Origin: Candidatus Coproplasma sp.
GTDB lineage: Bacteria; Bacillota; Clostridia; Christensenellales; Borkfalkiaceae
NCBI GenBank assembly: GCA_051884095.1
Contig: JBJEUZ010000016.1
Span: 1-52,282, forward strand
Direction: 5' to 3'
Length of the DNA: 52,282 nucleotides
Below are positions 1 through 10,556 of the stretch, piece by piece. Each line of letters starts with the position of its first letter. Positions within the stretch are counted from its first letter, which is position 1. Under the pieces are notes generated by a model. It worked only from the letters and a program-made list of their open reading frames with translations. It had not been told where the DNA came from and did not search any database. Both the position numbers and the translations under genes were made by a program.

Positions 1-546
1 TAAGGACCATCTCGTTACGGGGTTAGCCTCGAGGAATGCCTTATAGTTGGGCATTTCGTCGAGATAGTTGGACAAATCCAACAGTTTATCGCTGTAGGTC
101 GATACGCTGACTGCACCGTCGGTGATGATATCCATAGCGGTAAGCGCGCCGGACGACGTAGTAGTATTAACTGCGTTTTCAAGTTTCTTTGAAGGGTTCT
201 GCCATACGTCGTTGAACTTGCAGCCCACCATGGTCTGGAATGCCTCCCAAGCGGGTTTAAGCGAAGAGGACGTATAGGTCTTTCTGTCAGGAAGCGTAAC
301 CGAACCGGAAAGCAGGTCGCCGTAAGCAAAACTTATAGACCTCATTGCGTTGTCGCCGATGTTGATATTCAACGTTACGTCGGATATGCTGACGTCGTCG
401 CCGGCTACGGTATACTTCTGTTGCTTAGTGGTGCTGAAATCGGGATCGGGTTCTTCGCCGCCGCCGCAAGCAGTAATAGACATAGCCATAGTTCCTGCCA
501 TTACGACCGACACGGCCGCAAAAGCAATTTTCTTTGTCTTGTTCAT
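1..546 (-). CDS. ABC transporter extracellular solute-binding lipoprotein, N-terminal 182 aa. The gene runs off the window start.
   Basis: Not in the ORF track because it is open at the window edge. My translation from the ATG (complement of 544-546) gives MNKTKKIAFAAVSVVMAGTMAMSITACGGGEEPDPDF, a lipoprotein signal peptide with lipobox SITAC. It lies directly downstream of two CUT1 permease genes on the same strand. Confidence 0.7.
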   Translation of the reverse strand, partial: MNKTKKIAFAAVSVVMAGTMAMSITACGGGEEPDPDFSTTKQQKYTVAGDDVSISDVTLNINIGDNAMRSISFAYGDLLSGSVTLPDRKTYTSSSLKPAWEAFQTMVGCKFNDVWQNPSKKLENAVNTTTSSGALTAMDIITDGAVSVSTYSDKLLDLSNYLDEMPNYKAFLEANPVTRWSL

Positions 547-675
547 TATTTTTCTCCTTATTTTATTTATGATTTTTTTTGAACAAATTAGCCTTCCCCT
601 AAAAATTCTGCGCAGCGAACGGGGGGCCGCCGCGCGTTATTTTAAAGCGTAAAACGCCGTAAAATCTTTTAAATA

Positions 676-1641
676 TTATTCCTTTACGCCGCCCATATTT
701 ACGCCCTTTGCGAAATACTTCTGGATGAAGGGATAAATGAGCAGAATGGGAATAACGCCGCAGACAACCATTGCATACACAACGGAAAGTTCGCTGAAGT
801 CGTGAGTTTCGCTGAATACGTTGCCTTCTGCAGGTCCGCCGGTAAGGTCTGTCCACTCGTTGATGAAGGTTCTGATATAAACCTGTACGGGCCACGAATA
901 GCTCTGAGTAGAAGGAATAACCTTCTGCGCCCAGAAGTAGCCGTTCCAACGGGAGATACCGAAGAACAATGCAACCGTTGCGATTGTAGCCTTGCTCATC
1001 GGAATGAATACCTGCCAGAGAATCTGGAACTCGGTTGCGCCGTCGATTCTTGCAGCTTCTTCGATTTCGGAAGGCACGCCTTCGAAAGCGTTTCTCAACA
1101 GTATAAGGTTGGTAGCGTTCATACCCATCGCAAGGATAACCAGCCACTTAAGGTCGATCTGGTCGTAAGCCTTGCCGACGAGCGAAGCCATTATGTTACC
1201 TGTCTGGGTGTAGTTGAGGAACTGAGGTACGATACCTGCGGAGAACCACATTGTGAATACAAGGAAGAAGTTGAACGCCTTGCGGCCCATCAATCTCTTC
1301 TTGGAGAGCGCATACGCGCCGAAGATGGAGTAAATCATACACCATACGGTACCTACGCCGCACATGAACAGGGTGTTTGCATAAGATACCCAGAACTGGT
1401 TACCTTTTTCAACCGCAACGTAGTAGAACGCGTCGAGAGTTAAACCGATATGGAAACCTTCGGAAGCAGTGCCTACTACCGGCCACAGAACTACCTGGCT
1501 GTTGTTCATAGCTTCGCCCGATGAGAACGAAGCGGAGAGTGCGTATATAAGAGGATAAATACATATTACCGCGAAGAATATAAGGAATACGTATGCAACG
1601 ATTCTGAATATAAGTTCGGATATTTCAAGTTTTCTTTTCAT
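676..1641 (-). CDS. Carbohydrate ABC transporter permease (CUT1 family, LplC-like)
   Basis: 321-aa multi-pass membrane protein. It carries the EAA-loop motif EEAARIDGATEFQILWQVFIPMSKAT typical of binding-protein-dependent permeases. Confidence 0.9.
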   Translation of the reverse strand: MKRKLEISELIFRIVAYVFLIFFAVICIYPLIYALSASFSSGEAMNNSQVVLWPVVGTASEGFHIGLTLDAFYYVAVEKGNQFWVSYANTLFMCGVGTVWCMIYSIFGAYALSKKRLMGRKAFNFFLVFTMWFSAGIVPQFLNYTQTGNIMASLVGKAYDQIDLKWLVILAMGMNATNLILLRNAFEGVPSEIEEAARIDGATEFQILWQVFIPMSKATIATVALFFGISRWNGYFWAQKVIPSTQSYSWPVQVYIRTFINEWTDLTGGPAEGNVFSETHDFSELSVVYAMVVCGVIPILLIYPFIQKYFAKGVNMGGVKE

Positions 1642-1653
1642 AACGACTACTCC

Positions 1654-2724
1654 TTAATACAGCGATACGTTGGAAGCCTTTCTCGCGATGAAGTTGGAAC
1701 CGATTACCAAAATCATACCGATGAGGTTGTTGACCATTTCCGCCGCGATACCGAACTCGTTGCCCCACTCGTTTGCGAGGGTGGATACAACGCTTGCAAC
1801 TTCGTAGTTGCCGCTGGTGCCTGAAGGGCAGAAGAGGTAAAGTTTTTCGTAGCCTATGGAGAGGAGCGAACCCATCTTCATTATCAGCATTATGACAACC
1901 GTCGAGAGAATGCTGGGAATGACGACGTATCTCATCTGCTGCATCTTGCCGGCGCCGTCTATCTGAGCCGCCTCGTAAGAGGTGGGCGATACGGCGATTA
2001 CCGCGGCGAAGAATACGATCGAGTCGTAACCTGCGTGCTCCCAAAGGTCGCCGACGATATAGATGGCACGGAAATATCTGTTGGAATAGATAAGACCGTT
2101 AGACGAAGCCGCCTGAATGCCAAGGTCGGAACCTTCACCCCAAATCAACGTAAGGAAGCGCGATACGATACCCATATCGGCGCCGCCCTCCAACGACGAC
2201 TTACCGCGGAACAACGCAATTATAAGCGTCGTTACGATAACCGTTGAAAGGAACTTAGGAAGATATACGCAAACCTGCATGATACTTCTTGCTATATTGG
2301 AGCGCACTTCGTTGAAGAACAGCGCAAGTATAATCGGCATAGGGAAGCCGAAAAGTAAGCTGTAGAACGCAAGTATAAACGTATTTCTGAAAGCTCTCCA
2401 GAACGCCACCGAATAAAGCTGGTTGGTAAACAGCATTACAAAGTTGCTTATACCTACCCAGTCTCTGTCGATAGCCTGGCTTTCGTTACCAGTTTTAAAG
2501 CTCGCGACAAGTTCGTACATGGGTAAGTACTTCCAGAGCAAGTAAACCAGAATCATCGGAATAAGCATTACGTAAAGACGCCAGTCTTTAAGTATTGTCA
2601 AACCGGTGGTTTTCCAATGCTTTCTTTCCGTTTCATCTCTGACTTGTTGTTCTGCCGGCATCGAGTAGGTGCCTGTTGCTTCGTCGAAGACTAAAAAGTC
2701 GTCGTACTTCAACAATTTCTGCAT
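1654..2724 (-). CDS. Carbohydrate ABC transporter permease (CUT1 family, LplB-like)
   Basis: 356 aa and hydrophobic. EAA-loop motif YEAAQIDGAGKMQQMRYVVIPSI. It sits 12 nt upstream of the second permease gene. Confidence 0.9.
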   Translation of the reverse strand: MQKLLKYDDFLVFDEATGTYSMPAEQQVRDETERKHWKTTGLTILKDWRLYVMLIPMILVYLLWKYLPMYELVASFKTGNESQAIDRDWVGISNFVMLFTNQLYSVAFWRAFRNTFILAFYSLLFGFPMPIILALFFNEVRSNIARSIMQVCVYLPKFLSTVIVTTLIIALFRGKSSLEGGADMGIVSRFLTLIWGEGSDLGIQAASSNGLIYSNRYFRAIYIVGDLWEHAGYDSIVFFAAVIAVSPTSYEAAQIDGAGKMQQMRYVVIPSILSTVVIMLIMKMGSLLSIGYEKLYLFCPSGTSGNYEVASVVSTLANEWGNEFGIAAEMVNNLIGMILVIGSNFIARKASNVSLY

Positions 2725-2942
2725 GAAACAATCCCTCCATTATCACTTAAATGTTAAGTAATTAATATGCAAAAGCGGGGGTGCGGACAGGTTTACGGAT
2801 TTTACTTTCCTCAACCTTTTCTGCTTTCCGCGTTTTACTGATTTGTGCTTGTCCCGACCGCTGCGTCGGTTTATTATATTATTTATATTATTTGGTTAAG
2901 ACCCGATATCGCAAAAAAACGGTTTATTAAGCGTCTTTAGCC

Positions 2943-3635
2943 TCAATACAGGTCGTTGTCCTTGTTCAGTATCGAGAGCGCCTCTCCGTCGATCTCTACC
3001 GGCTCGTCGCCGAAGGCGTCGTACTTCATTCTGTCCCTGCGCTCTTTATCCACACGCTTAAGATAGCTGACCTGGTTTTCGAACATTCCGTCGAACTTGC
3101 GGAGAACCAATACCACCACGACCGCCATCGCCATCGACAGCAGGTCGGTTATGGCAAAATCCACAAATCCCTGCGTCGCCGTCAGACCTTCCACGGGGCA
3201 GACGCAAAAGCAAATCGCCCAGACGGTGGCTCTGCCGAGGTAGACGAGCGCCCAGCCCAGAACGGCATACAGCGCCGAAAAATACCACTTCGACGTTATT
3301 TTTTTGTCGCCGATGACCTTTAGAGGTATCAAGGCGAACAAAATAAAGCTGTTGCCGATACAATACGTACAATAATCTACTAGTCCGCCGCCGTTGAGCG
3401 CACAGTAGAGAACGCCGCTCAACAAAGCGTACAGAACGCTTGGCCACCCCCATCTGACCATGACCGCCAGACATATGGGAACTATAAACGAGAACGTATA
3501 ATAAGCTACGGATGAAAACCAAATTGCCGCAAAATGCACCGCAAGCTCGGCAATTATCATTATCACAGCGAATAGGAACAAGTCGGTCGTCTTATATTGA
3601 TTTATTGAAATTAACCTTGAACCGTTTTTTCGCAT
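2943..3635 (-). CDS. Multi-pass membrane protein of unknown function, possibly ECF S-component-like
   Basis: 230 aa with about 6 hydrophobic segments and a charged C-terminal tail. I recognise no catalytic motif; the family call is only a resemblance. Confidence 0.5.
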   Translation of the reverse strand: MRKNGSRLISINQYKTTDLFLFAVIMIIAELAVHFAAIWFSSVAYYTFSFIVPICLAVMVRWGWPSVLYALLSGVLYCALNGGGLVDYCTYCIGNSFILFALIPLKVIGDKKITSKWYFSALYAVLGWALVYLGRATVWAICFCVCPVEGLTATQGFVDFAITDLLSMAMAVVVVLVLRKFDGMFENQVSYLKRVDKERRDRMKYDAFGDEPVEIDGEALSILNKDNDLY

Positions 3636-3737
3636 CTTACTTATATTCGCACATTTTTGCGCACTTATAATGTTACATTATCACACTTAGCTTAATTATT
3701 ATAACATAGCGATTTTTAAAAATCAATACTTTTTTAA

Positions 3738-3766
3738 TTGTTTCACAAAAAAAATTGTGGTACAAT
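3738..3766 (+). promoter_or_regulatory. Candidate sigma-70-type promoter for the pectinesterase gene
   Basis: TTGTTT (3738-3743), 17-nt spacer, TACAAT (3761-3766) preceded by TGg (extended -10). The spacer contains the inverted repeat CACAA-a6-TTGTG. Confidence 0.45.
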
Positions 3767-3792
3767 GGACGCACGGAATAAGAGGTGTTTTT

Positions 3793-4755
3793 ATGAATTT
3801 TTTAAATCTTTCTCCAAAGGACGATTTGCAATATATATTGGATAATTTGACCCAACCGACCACAATATATCTTGCCGAGGGCGTTTATACGCAAAAATTA
3901 TGGATAAAATCGGACGACGTGATTTTAATAGGCGCTTCGCGTGAAACTACCAAAATCACCTACGCCGACTACGCAAAAAAGCCGCATAAGGACGGCAGAG
4001 AATACAACACCTTCCGCACGTATACGGTTTGCGTGACGGGCGAGCGGTGCCGGCTTGAAAACCTGACGGTTGAAAATTCCAACGTCGACCCAAAGGCGGT
4101 AGGGCAGTGCGTGGCGCTTTCGGTTAACGCGCGCTCCTTCCGCGCTCAGGGGGTGGATCTGATTTCCACGCAGGATACCCTGTTCACCTCCCCTTTCCCC
4201 GACGATTTGGTAATACGCTATTCCGGTCTGACCGACGACGAGACATATTACGACGGGTTTATTCCCAGGGAACAGCTTTACCTTGAAGGCAACGCGGTGC
4301 ATATCTTTAAGGACTGCAAAATCTTCGGTTCGGTGGACTATATTTTCGGCTGCGCGGAGGCGTACTTTGACGGCTGCAAGTTGATTTCGATTGCGGACAA
4401 CCGCAATATGGGCTTTGTCGCCGCGCCCGCGCACAGCCTTAAACAGGACCGCGGATATACCTTTTTGAACTGCGAATTTATCGGCGGCGGAGCGCCCGAA
4501 AAGAGCGTCTTTCTTGCCCGACCCTGGCGCGACTTCGGCAAGTGCGACTTTATAGACTGCACGATGGGAAGCCATATATCACCCGAGCTATTCGATAAGT
4601 GGAACGACACCTACCGCGACAAGACCTGCCGTATGGCGTACCGCAACCTTTCGTGCAACTTTGCCCCCGCGCCCGTGCCCTGGAGCAGAGAGCTTACGCA
4701 AGAAGAGGCGAAAAAAATTCTTGACCGCTACGCCGAGCTTTGCAAACAAATTTAA
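3793..4755 (+). CDS. Pectinesterase (pectin methylesterase, CE8), with no signal peptide
   Basis: CE8 signature motifs are present: STQDTLF, VDYIFG and LARPWR. I prefer the ATG at 3793 (AAGAGG 7 nt upstream) over the ORF-track start at 3757. Confidence 0.85.
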   Translation: MNFLNLSPKDDLQYILDNLTQPTTIYLAEGVYTQKLWIKSDDVILIGASRETTKITYADYAKKPHKDGREYNTFRTYTVCVTGERCRLENLTVENSNVDPKAVGQCVALSVNARSFRAQGVDLISTQDTLFTSPFPDDLVIRYSGLTDDETYYDGFIPREQLYLEGNAVHIFKDCKIFGSVDYIFGCAEAYFDGCKLISIADNRNMGFVAAPAHSLKQDRGYTFLNCEFIGGGAPEKSVFLARPWRDFGKCDFIDCTMGSHISPELFDKWNDTYRDKTCRMAYRNLSCNFAPAPVPWSRELTQEEAKKILDRYAELCKQI

Positions 4756-4800
4756 CATCTTCAGGCGTGACTACGCGTTGAACTTACCTTTTTAAAACGT

Positions 4801-4845
4801 ACGCGCCCGACGGCATTTCGCCGTCGGGCGCGTTTAATCTTTTTC
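4801..4845. terminator. Bidirectional intrinsic terminator between the convergent pectinesterase and uxaC genes
   Basis: Perfect GC-rich hairpin ACGCGCCCGACGGC-atttc-GCCGTCGGGCGCGT (4801-4833). T-rich tracts flank it on both strands. Confidence 0.75.
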
Positions 4846-4856
4846 AGTTATTTCAA

Positions 4857-6269
4857 TTAAAAGCCGAAGTATTCCTTGGCGTTGTTGTAGCAGACGTCCT
4901 CAACAATCTTGCCGAGCGTTTCGATTTCCTCTGCGGGATACTGACCGCTTTCGACTAATCTTCCGAGCATCTGGCACAATATACGTCTGTAGTACTCGTG
5001 ACGGGGATAAGCAAGGAAGGAGCGCGAGTCGGTAAGCATACCTACGGACTGAGCTACAAGACCTACCTGCATAAGCGTTTCGAGGTTCTGGCGCATGCCG
5101 TCCTGCTGATCTAAGAACCACCAAGCCGTACCGACCTGAACTCTGCCCTTGATTCCTTCCTTCTGGAAGCAACCGGAAAGCACGGTGAGCGCGTAGTTGT
5201 CGCGGGGGTTGAGGCAATACAAGATGGTCTTGGGAAGCGCGTCCTGACGGTCAAGCTCGCCCAGAAGCGCGGAGAGCTTTTCCATATAAACCGCGTCCTC
5301 GATTGCGTCGAAGCCGGTGTCGGGACCGATTTTTTCGAGCATGCTCTTGGAATTGTTGCGGAGCGCGCCGATATGATACTGCTGTACCCAGCCGTACTTT
5401 GAATACTGCTTGCCGAGGAATACGAGGATATAGCCCTTGTACTTATCCTGCTCTTCAACGGTTATCTTTTCGCCCTTCATGCCCTTGAGGAAGATAGCGT
5501 TAGCTTCTTCATAGGTTGCGGGCGCGTAGCATACCACGTCGAGTGCGTGGTCGGAGAGCTTGGAGCCCATGGAATCGAAGAACGCGATTCTGTCTGCAAG
5601 CGCGTTGCACAAATCTTCAAGGGTGTTAATCTCCTTGCCGACTACGCCTGCGAGCTGATTTACCCAGCTTGCGAACCAACTGAGCTCTACGTTAATCGCC
5701 TTATCGGGACGGAACGCGGGGCGAACCTTTACCTTTAAGGTGGGGTCCTCGTTCATCTTCTTGTGCCATTCAAGGGAGTCAACGGGGTCGTCCGTGGTGC
5801 AGACGGTCTTGACGTTGAACTTTTCCATCATCTTGCGCGCGGTGAGCGTTTCCAAAACCTTGTTGGCTTCATCCCAGATTTTTTTGGCGTTCTTGGGATT
5901 GATTACGTCGTTAATGCCGAAATATCTCTGCATTTCGAGGTGCGACCAGTGGTACAGAGGGTTGCCTACGAAGTAGGGCATGCTCTCTACGAACTGCATA
6001 TACTTTTTGTAGTCGTCGTCGGGACCGGAGATGGAATCTTCTTCATAGCCCCTTGCACGGAGTGCGCGCCACTTGTAGTGGTCGCCGTATCTGTCGCCTG
6101 CGCCCAGCCATACCTCGGTGAGGTTACGGAACTTCTTGTCCTCGTAAATTTCCTTGGGCTGAAGGTGGCAATGGTAGTCGATTATGGGCATATTCTCCGC
6201 ATGTTCGTGATACAGCTTTTTAGCCGTTTCGGTGTCAAGGAGAAAGTCCTTATCCATAAATGCTTTCAT
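4857..6269 (-). CDS. uxaC: Glucuronate isomerase (uronate isomerase)
   Basis: 470 aa. The N-terminus FLLDTETAKKLYHEHAENMPIIDYHCHL is characteristic of UxaC. Its start overlaps the uxaA stop as TAATG. Confidence 0.95.
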   Translation of the reverse strand: MKAFMDKDFLLDTETAKKLYHEHAENMPIIDYHCHLQPKEIYEDKKFRNLTEVWLGAGDRYGDHYKWRALRARGYEEDSISGPDDDYKKYMQFVESMPYFVGNPLYHWSHLEMQRYFGINDVINPKNAKKIWDEANKVLETLTARKMMEKFNVKTVCTTDDPVDSLEWHKKMNEDPTLKVKVRPAFRPDKAINVELSWFASWVNQLAGVVGKEINTLEDLCNALADRIAFFDSMGSKLSDHALDVVCYAPATYEEANAIFLKGMKGEKITVEEQDKYKGYILVFLGKQYSKYGWVQQYHIGALRNNSKSMLEKIGPDTGFDAIEDAVYMEKLSALLGELDRQDALPKTILYCLNPRDNYALTVLSGCFQKEGIKGRVQVGTAWWFLDQQDGMRQNLETLMQVGLVAQSVGMLTDSRSFLAYPRHEYYRRILCQMLGRLVESGQYPAEEIETLGKIVEDVCYNNAKEYFGF

Positions 6270-7741
6270 TATAAAGTTACTCCCGTTTTGAAAATTGCTA
6301 TTTCTTTGGTGTGGTTGAGTTCGTTCTTGGTCTTTTTGCCGTTCGCAACTTCGACGATGAGGTCGATGAGCTTATCCAGCTGAGTTGCAAAGTCGGTGTC
6401 AAGAACCGCGCCTGCGTTGAAATCTATCCAGTTGGACTTTTTAGCCGCAAGCTCCTTATTCGTCGCAATCTTGAGTGTGGGCACGAAGCCGCCGAAGGGC
6501 GTGCCGCGACCGGTAGTGAACAGCACCAGATGGCAGCCTGCCGCCGCTATGTTGGTAACAGCGCACATATCGTTGCCGGGACCGTTAAGAAGGTTCAGTC
6601 CCTTCTTGGTTACGAAGCCGTCGTCGAAAACGACGTCCTCTACGGGACCGGAACCCGATTTCTGCGTGCAGCCGAGCGACTTGTCTTCGAGCGTGGTTAT
6701 GCCGCCCGCCTTGTTGCCGGGCGAGGGATTTTCGTAGACCACCTGTCCGTTACGGCGGAAGTAGTCCTTGAAGTCGTTGATGAGCTTTACAACCTTTTCA
6801 AATGTTTCCTCGTCCTTGGCTCTGTTCATTAAAAGCTGTTCCGCGCCGAACATTTCGGGAACTTCGGAAAGAACGGTCGTGCCGCCCGCCGCTACGATAT
6901 AGTCTGAGAACAGACCGACCAGAGGATTTGCGGTGATGCCCGAAAGTCCGTCCGAACCGCCGCACTTCAAGCCGACCTTGAGGCAGGAAATGTCCTTTTC
7001 GACCCTCTTGTCCTTTTTGATGACCTCTGCAATCTCATGGCAGAGCTCTACGCCAGCCTCTATTTCGTCGTCCACTTCCTGGCAGACGAGGAACTTGATT
7101 CTGCTTTCGTCCACTTCGCCCAGACCTGCCCTGAATGCCGACATCTGGTTGTTTTCGCAGCCCAGACCGAGCACAAGCACGCCGCCTGCGTTGGGGTGAC
7201 GAACCATCTTCTGCAGGATGAGCTTGGTTCTTTCGTGGTCCTCGCCCAGCTGTGAACAGCCGTAGGGGTGGGTGTAGGTGAAGATGCCGTCGAAGCCCTC
7301 TTCGCCGTACTTTTCCTTGAAGGTGTCCAGAATGAGCTTAGCCTGACCGTTTACGCAGCCGACCGTGGGGATAATCCACAGCTCGTTTCTTATGCCCACG
7401 TCGCCGTTTGCGCGCTCGTAGACGTTGACCTTGCGGGGGGTTACCTTCTTTATTTCGGTGGAAACCTTGTCGTAGGTGTATTCAAGATTTTCCGAAAGGT
7501 TGGTGTGCACGTTGTGAGTGTGAACGTGGCAACCCTGCGGAATATCCTTGGTTGCAACCGCTATGCTGTTGCCGTACTTGATTATCTGTTCGCCGCATTT
7601 AACGTCGCGCAGGGTGAACTTATGACCCTTGGTGATGTCCTCCTTTAAGGTCACGCCCTCGTGCACTTCGCCCGCCTTGAGGTCGGTGAGCGCAACCGCG
7701 ACGTTGTCGAGCGGGTTAATTATTATAGTTTTCTTAGCCAT
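6269..7741 (-). CDS. uxaA: Altronate dehydratase
   Basis: 490 aa. The N-terminal SAF-type domain (IIINPLDNVAVALTDLKAGE) plus a large UxaA/GarD-type C-terminal domain fit altronate dehydratase. It lies between uxaB and uxaC. Confidence 0.9.
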   Translation of the reverse strand: MAKKTIIINPLDNVAVALTDLKAGEVHEGVTLKEDITKGHKFTLRDVKCGEQIIKYGNSIAVATKDIPQGCHVHTHNVHTNLSENLEYTYDKVSTEIKKVTPRKVNVYERANGDVGIRNELWIIPTVGCVNGQAKLILDTFKEKYGEEGFDGIFTYTHPYGCSQLGEDHERTKLILQKMVRHPNAGGVLVLGLGCENNQMSAFRAGLGEVDESRIKFLVCQEVDDEIEAGVELCHEIAEVIKKDKRVEKDISCLKVGLKCGGSDGLSGITANPLVGLFSDYIVAAGGTTVLSEVPEMFGAEQLLMNRAKDEETFEKVVKLINDFKDYFRRNGQVVYENPSPGNKAGGITTLEDKSLGCTQKSGSGPVEDVVFDDGFVTKKGLNLLNGPGNDMCAVTNIAAAGCHLVLFTTGRGTPFGGFVPTLKIATNKELAAKKSNWIDFNAGAVLDTDFATQLDKLIDLIVEVANGKKTKNELNHTKEIAIFKTGVTL

Positions 7742-9182
7742 TTACAAATCCTTCTACGGCAGCTCTCATGCCGTTCTTATCCATATCTTCGAGGAACTCA
7801 GCAACAACCTTTGCAATGTCGGGGTGAATGGTATTCATATCCATTTCCCACGCTTCCTTCCAACCGAGCGCCTTGGTTGCGAGCTTTAAGTAATCGCCGT
7901 CGAACTCTGCCCAGAGCTTTGCCCAATGTTCGAGGTATGCGGGGTCGTCCTTGAGCGCGATGTCCTCTTCTCCCCTCTTGCCCTTGTGGAACTCTACGAT
8001 TGCCGCAAACGAGAACAGAAGGTGCATAGGAAGTTTGCCCTTGATTCTTACGTAGTCGGTAAGGGTGGGCAGAAGGCGGGTTCTGAACTTGGTGGTGGAG
8101 TTGAGCGCTATGGACATAAGCTCGTGCCTGATGAAGGGGTTCTGATATCTTTCGATTACAGAGTTGGCGAACGCCACCATCTGGTCCTGAGGTAAATCTA
8201 TGGTGGGATTTACTTCGTCGAACACGAAGTCGCGCACGAACTTGCCGATTACGGGGTCGTTGACCGATTCGCCGACCGTGTCGATACCGCACAGATACGC
8301 TACGGGAACCATAGCGGTGTGCGAACCGTTCAAAATTTTAACCTTGCGCTGCTTGTAGGGCTTGATGCTGTCGGCAAAGATGACGTTCAAGCCGGTTGAA
8401 TCTGCGGGGAGAACCTTCTGAACGAAGGGCTCCTTCTTGAGTACCCAAAGGTGGAAAATTTCGCCCTTGACCACGTTGTTGTCGATATAGCCGACTTCTT
8501 CGCGGATAGCTTCGATTTCGTTTCTGGGATAGCCGGGAACGATACGGTCTACCAGCGTGGACGTGAAGTGGTTTGCTTTGTTCAGCCATTCGATGAAAGC
8601 CTTATCGAAGCCGAGATGCTCGGCAAGCTGATTTAAACACTTGCACAGTTCGTCGCCGTTGTTGTCGATAAGTTCGCAGGGAACGATTGCAAGCCCCTTG
8701 GTCATATCGCCGTTGAAGTGTTCGTACCTTCTCTTTAACAGAGCCAGCAGCTTGCCGGGGAAGGACTTAGGGCACTGCGTAAAGTCGGTGTCCTCGGGGT
8801 CGAACGCGATACCCGCTTCGGTGGTGTTGGAGATAATTACCTGCAAATCTTCGCTTTCGCCGTAGGAAAGATAGTGTTCGTACTCGGTAAAGGGGTTGAT
8901 GCAGTCGCCGACAATGTCGATAACCTGGCTCTTTTTAACCTTTTCGCCCTTGTCGATACCTTCGAGGCGGAGGGTATATAAGCCGTCCTGCGCTTCAAGG
9001 TCCTTAACTCTGCCCATGGGCATAGGCTGAACCAGGGCTACGTTTGAACAGATTGCACCCTTATCGTTTAAATCCTGCAGAATCCATTCTACGAAAGCCC
9101 TTAAAAAGTTGCCTTCGCCGAACTGCATTATCTTGATTTTTCTTTCGGGTTTGTTGAATAATTTTTTGCTTATTACTTCCAT
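7734..9182 (-). CDS. uxaB: Tagaturonate reductase (altronate oxidoreductase), long-chain mannitol dehydrogenase family
   Basis: 482 aa. N-terminus IMQFGEGNFLRAFVEW, matching the mannitol-dehydrogenase Rossmann region. There is an 8-nt overlap (ATGGCTAA) with the uxaA start. Confidence 0.85.
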   Translation of the reverse strand: MEVISKKLFNKPERKIKIMQFGEGNFLRAFVEWILQDLNDKGAICSNVALVQPMPMGRVKDLEAQDGLYTLRLEGIDKGEKVKKSQVIDIVGDCINPFTEYEHYLSYGESEDLQVIISNTTEAGIAFDPEDTDFTQCPKSFPGKLLALLKRRYEHFNGDMTKGLAIVPCELIDNNGDELCKCLNQLAEHLGFDKAFIEWLNKANHFTSTLVDRIVPGYPRNEIEAIREEVGYIDNNVVKGEIFHLWVLKKEPFVQKVLPADSTGLNVIFADSIKPYKQRKVKILNGSHTAMVPVAYLCGIDTVGESVNDPVIGKFVRDFVFDEVNPTIDLPQDQMVAFANSVIERYQNPFIRHELMSIALNSTTKFRTRLLPTLTDYVRIKGKLPMHLLFSFAAIVEFHKGKRGEEDIALKDDPAYLEHWAKLWAEFDGDYLKLATKALGWKEAWEMDMNTIHPDIAKVVAEFLEDMDKNGMRAAVEGFVNG

Positions 9183-9343
9183 TTTTAAAGCTCCGGATAT
9201 TTTTTTATTTACGGCTGCGGCGCGCTTGCGCCAAGGCGCGACAAACGCGACGGCGCGAAATTTCTGCGCCGCACGCTATTTGCCGAACGTTAAGTCAGCA
9301 CGGTATGTAAGTCGGCAAAAGCCGCCGACCATTCTGTCCGCTA

Positions 9344-10453
9344 TCAGTTGCGCGCGAGCGACGAAGGAATAACCTGCTCGGTTTCCTTATCGAATACGTA
9401 AGCGCACTTGTGAGGAACGACGAAGGTGAACTGCGAGCCCATTGCGGGGGTGTCGTGAGGGTTAACCTTTAAAATTACGTTTACGTCGCCTACGTTAGCG
9501 TATACGTTGGTGGTATCGCCGAGAAGCTCGGTCAGATCGACGTTGGAATTGATGACGTATTCGTCCTTGGCAGCCTTGCCGTTCTTGGGAAGTTTGATGC
9601 CTTCGGGACGGAATGCAAATACGACTTCCTTGCCCTCGATAGACTTTACGTCGTCTACGATGGGGGTCAAATCGAACTCAACGGAGCCGTTTACGAACTT
9701 GCCGCCTTCAACTCTGCCGTTGAGGAAGTTCATGGGAGGCTCGCCGATGAAGCCCGCTACGAACAGGTTGTGAGGATAGAAGTACAGCTCGTAGGGGGTG
9801 CCTATCTGCTGAACGTAGCCGCCCGATTTCATAACGACTATTCTGTCGGACATGGTCATAGCCTCGGTCTGGTCGTGAGTAACGTAGATGGTGGTTGCGC
9901 CTACAGAACGGTGAATCTGCTTGATTTCGGAACGCATGGTAACGCGCTGCTTTGCGTCGAGGTTGGATAAAGGTTCGTCCATAAGGAAAATTGAAACCTT
10001 ACGGATGAGCGCACGGCCTACCGCAACACGCTGACACTGACCGCCGGAGAGGTTACGAGGGAATCTGTCGAGATAGGGTTCAAGACCTAAGATTTTTGCG
10101 GTTGCCTGTACCTTTTCGTCGATAATGTCCATATCGATTCCTTCGAGCGTAAGACCGAACGCGAGGTTTTCGGCAACGGTGAGGTGAGGATAGAGCGCGT
10201 AGGACTGGAATACCATTGCGATTCCCCTCTCTCTCGAAGTCATCTGGTTAGCGAGCTTGCCGTTGATGTAGAACTCGCCCGAAGTGATATCTTCAAGTCC
10301 TGCAATCATTCGGAGCGTGGTAGACTTACCGCAGCCCGAATCGCCGACCAGACAGATAAATTCGCCGTCTTTGATTTCCATATTGAAATCGTGTACGGCG
10401 TGGTAGCCGTTAGGATATACTTTGTTTACATCCTTAAATAAAAGTTGTGCCAT
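9344..10453 (-). CDS. Sugar ABC transporter ATP-binding protein (MsmK/MalK/UgpC type)
   Basis: 369 aa. Walker A GDSGCGKST, signature LSGGQCQR and Walker B IFLMDEPLSNLD are present, followed by a MalK-like C-terminal regulatory domain. Confidence 0.9.
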   Translation of the reverse strand: MAQLLFKDVNKVYPNGYHAVHDFNMEIKDGEFICLVGDSGCGKSTTLRMIAGLEDITSGEFYINGKLANQMTSRERGIAMVFQSYALYPHLTVAENLAFGLTLEGIDMDIIDEKVQATAKILGLEPYLDRFPRNLSGGQCQRVAVGRALIRKVSIFLMDEPLSNLDAKQRVTMRSEIKQIHRSVGATTIYVTHDQTEAMTMSDRIVVMKSGGYVQQIGTPYELYFYPHNLFVAGFIGEPPMNFLNGRVEGGKFVNGSVEFDLTPIVDDVKSIEGKEVVFAFRPEGIKLPKNGKAAKDEYVINSNVDLTELLGDTTNVYANVGDVNVILKVNPHDTPAMGSQFTFVVPHKCAYVFDKETEQVIPSSLARN

Positions 10454-10556
10454 TTTTTATTTCCCCTTACGTCCGCTAAGAGCAATTTTGCCTTTTGCGG
10501 AAATTTATTTTATTTTTGTGCGGCGCGGCGCGCCGCATTGGTTTCTGATTGAAAGA

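Noticed and set aside
15-329. 104-aa ORF offered by the track at the window start
   Set aside because: It is in the wrong frame. The frame opening at ATG 546 gives a clean lipoprotein signal peptide and continues open to position 1, which fits the solute-binding protein expected after the two permeases.
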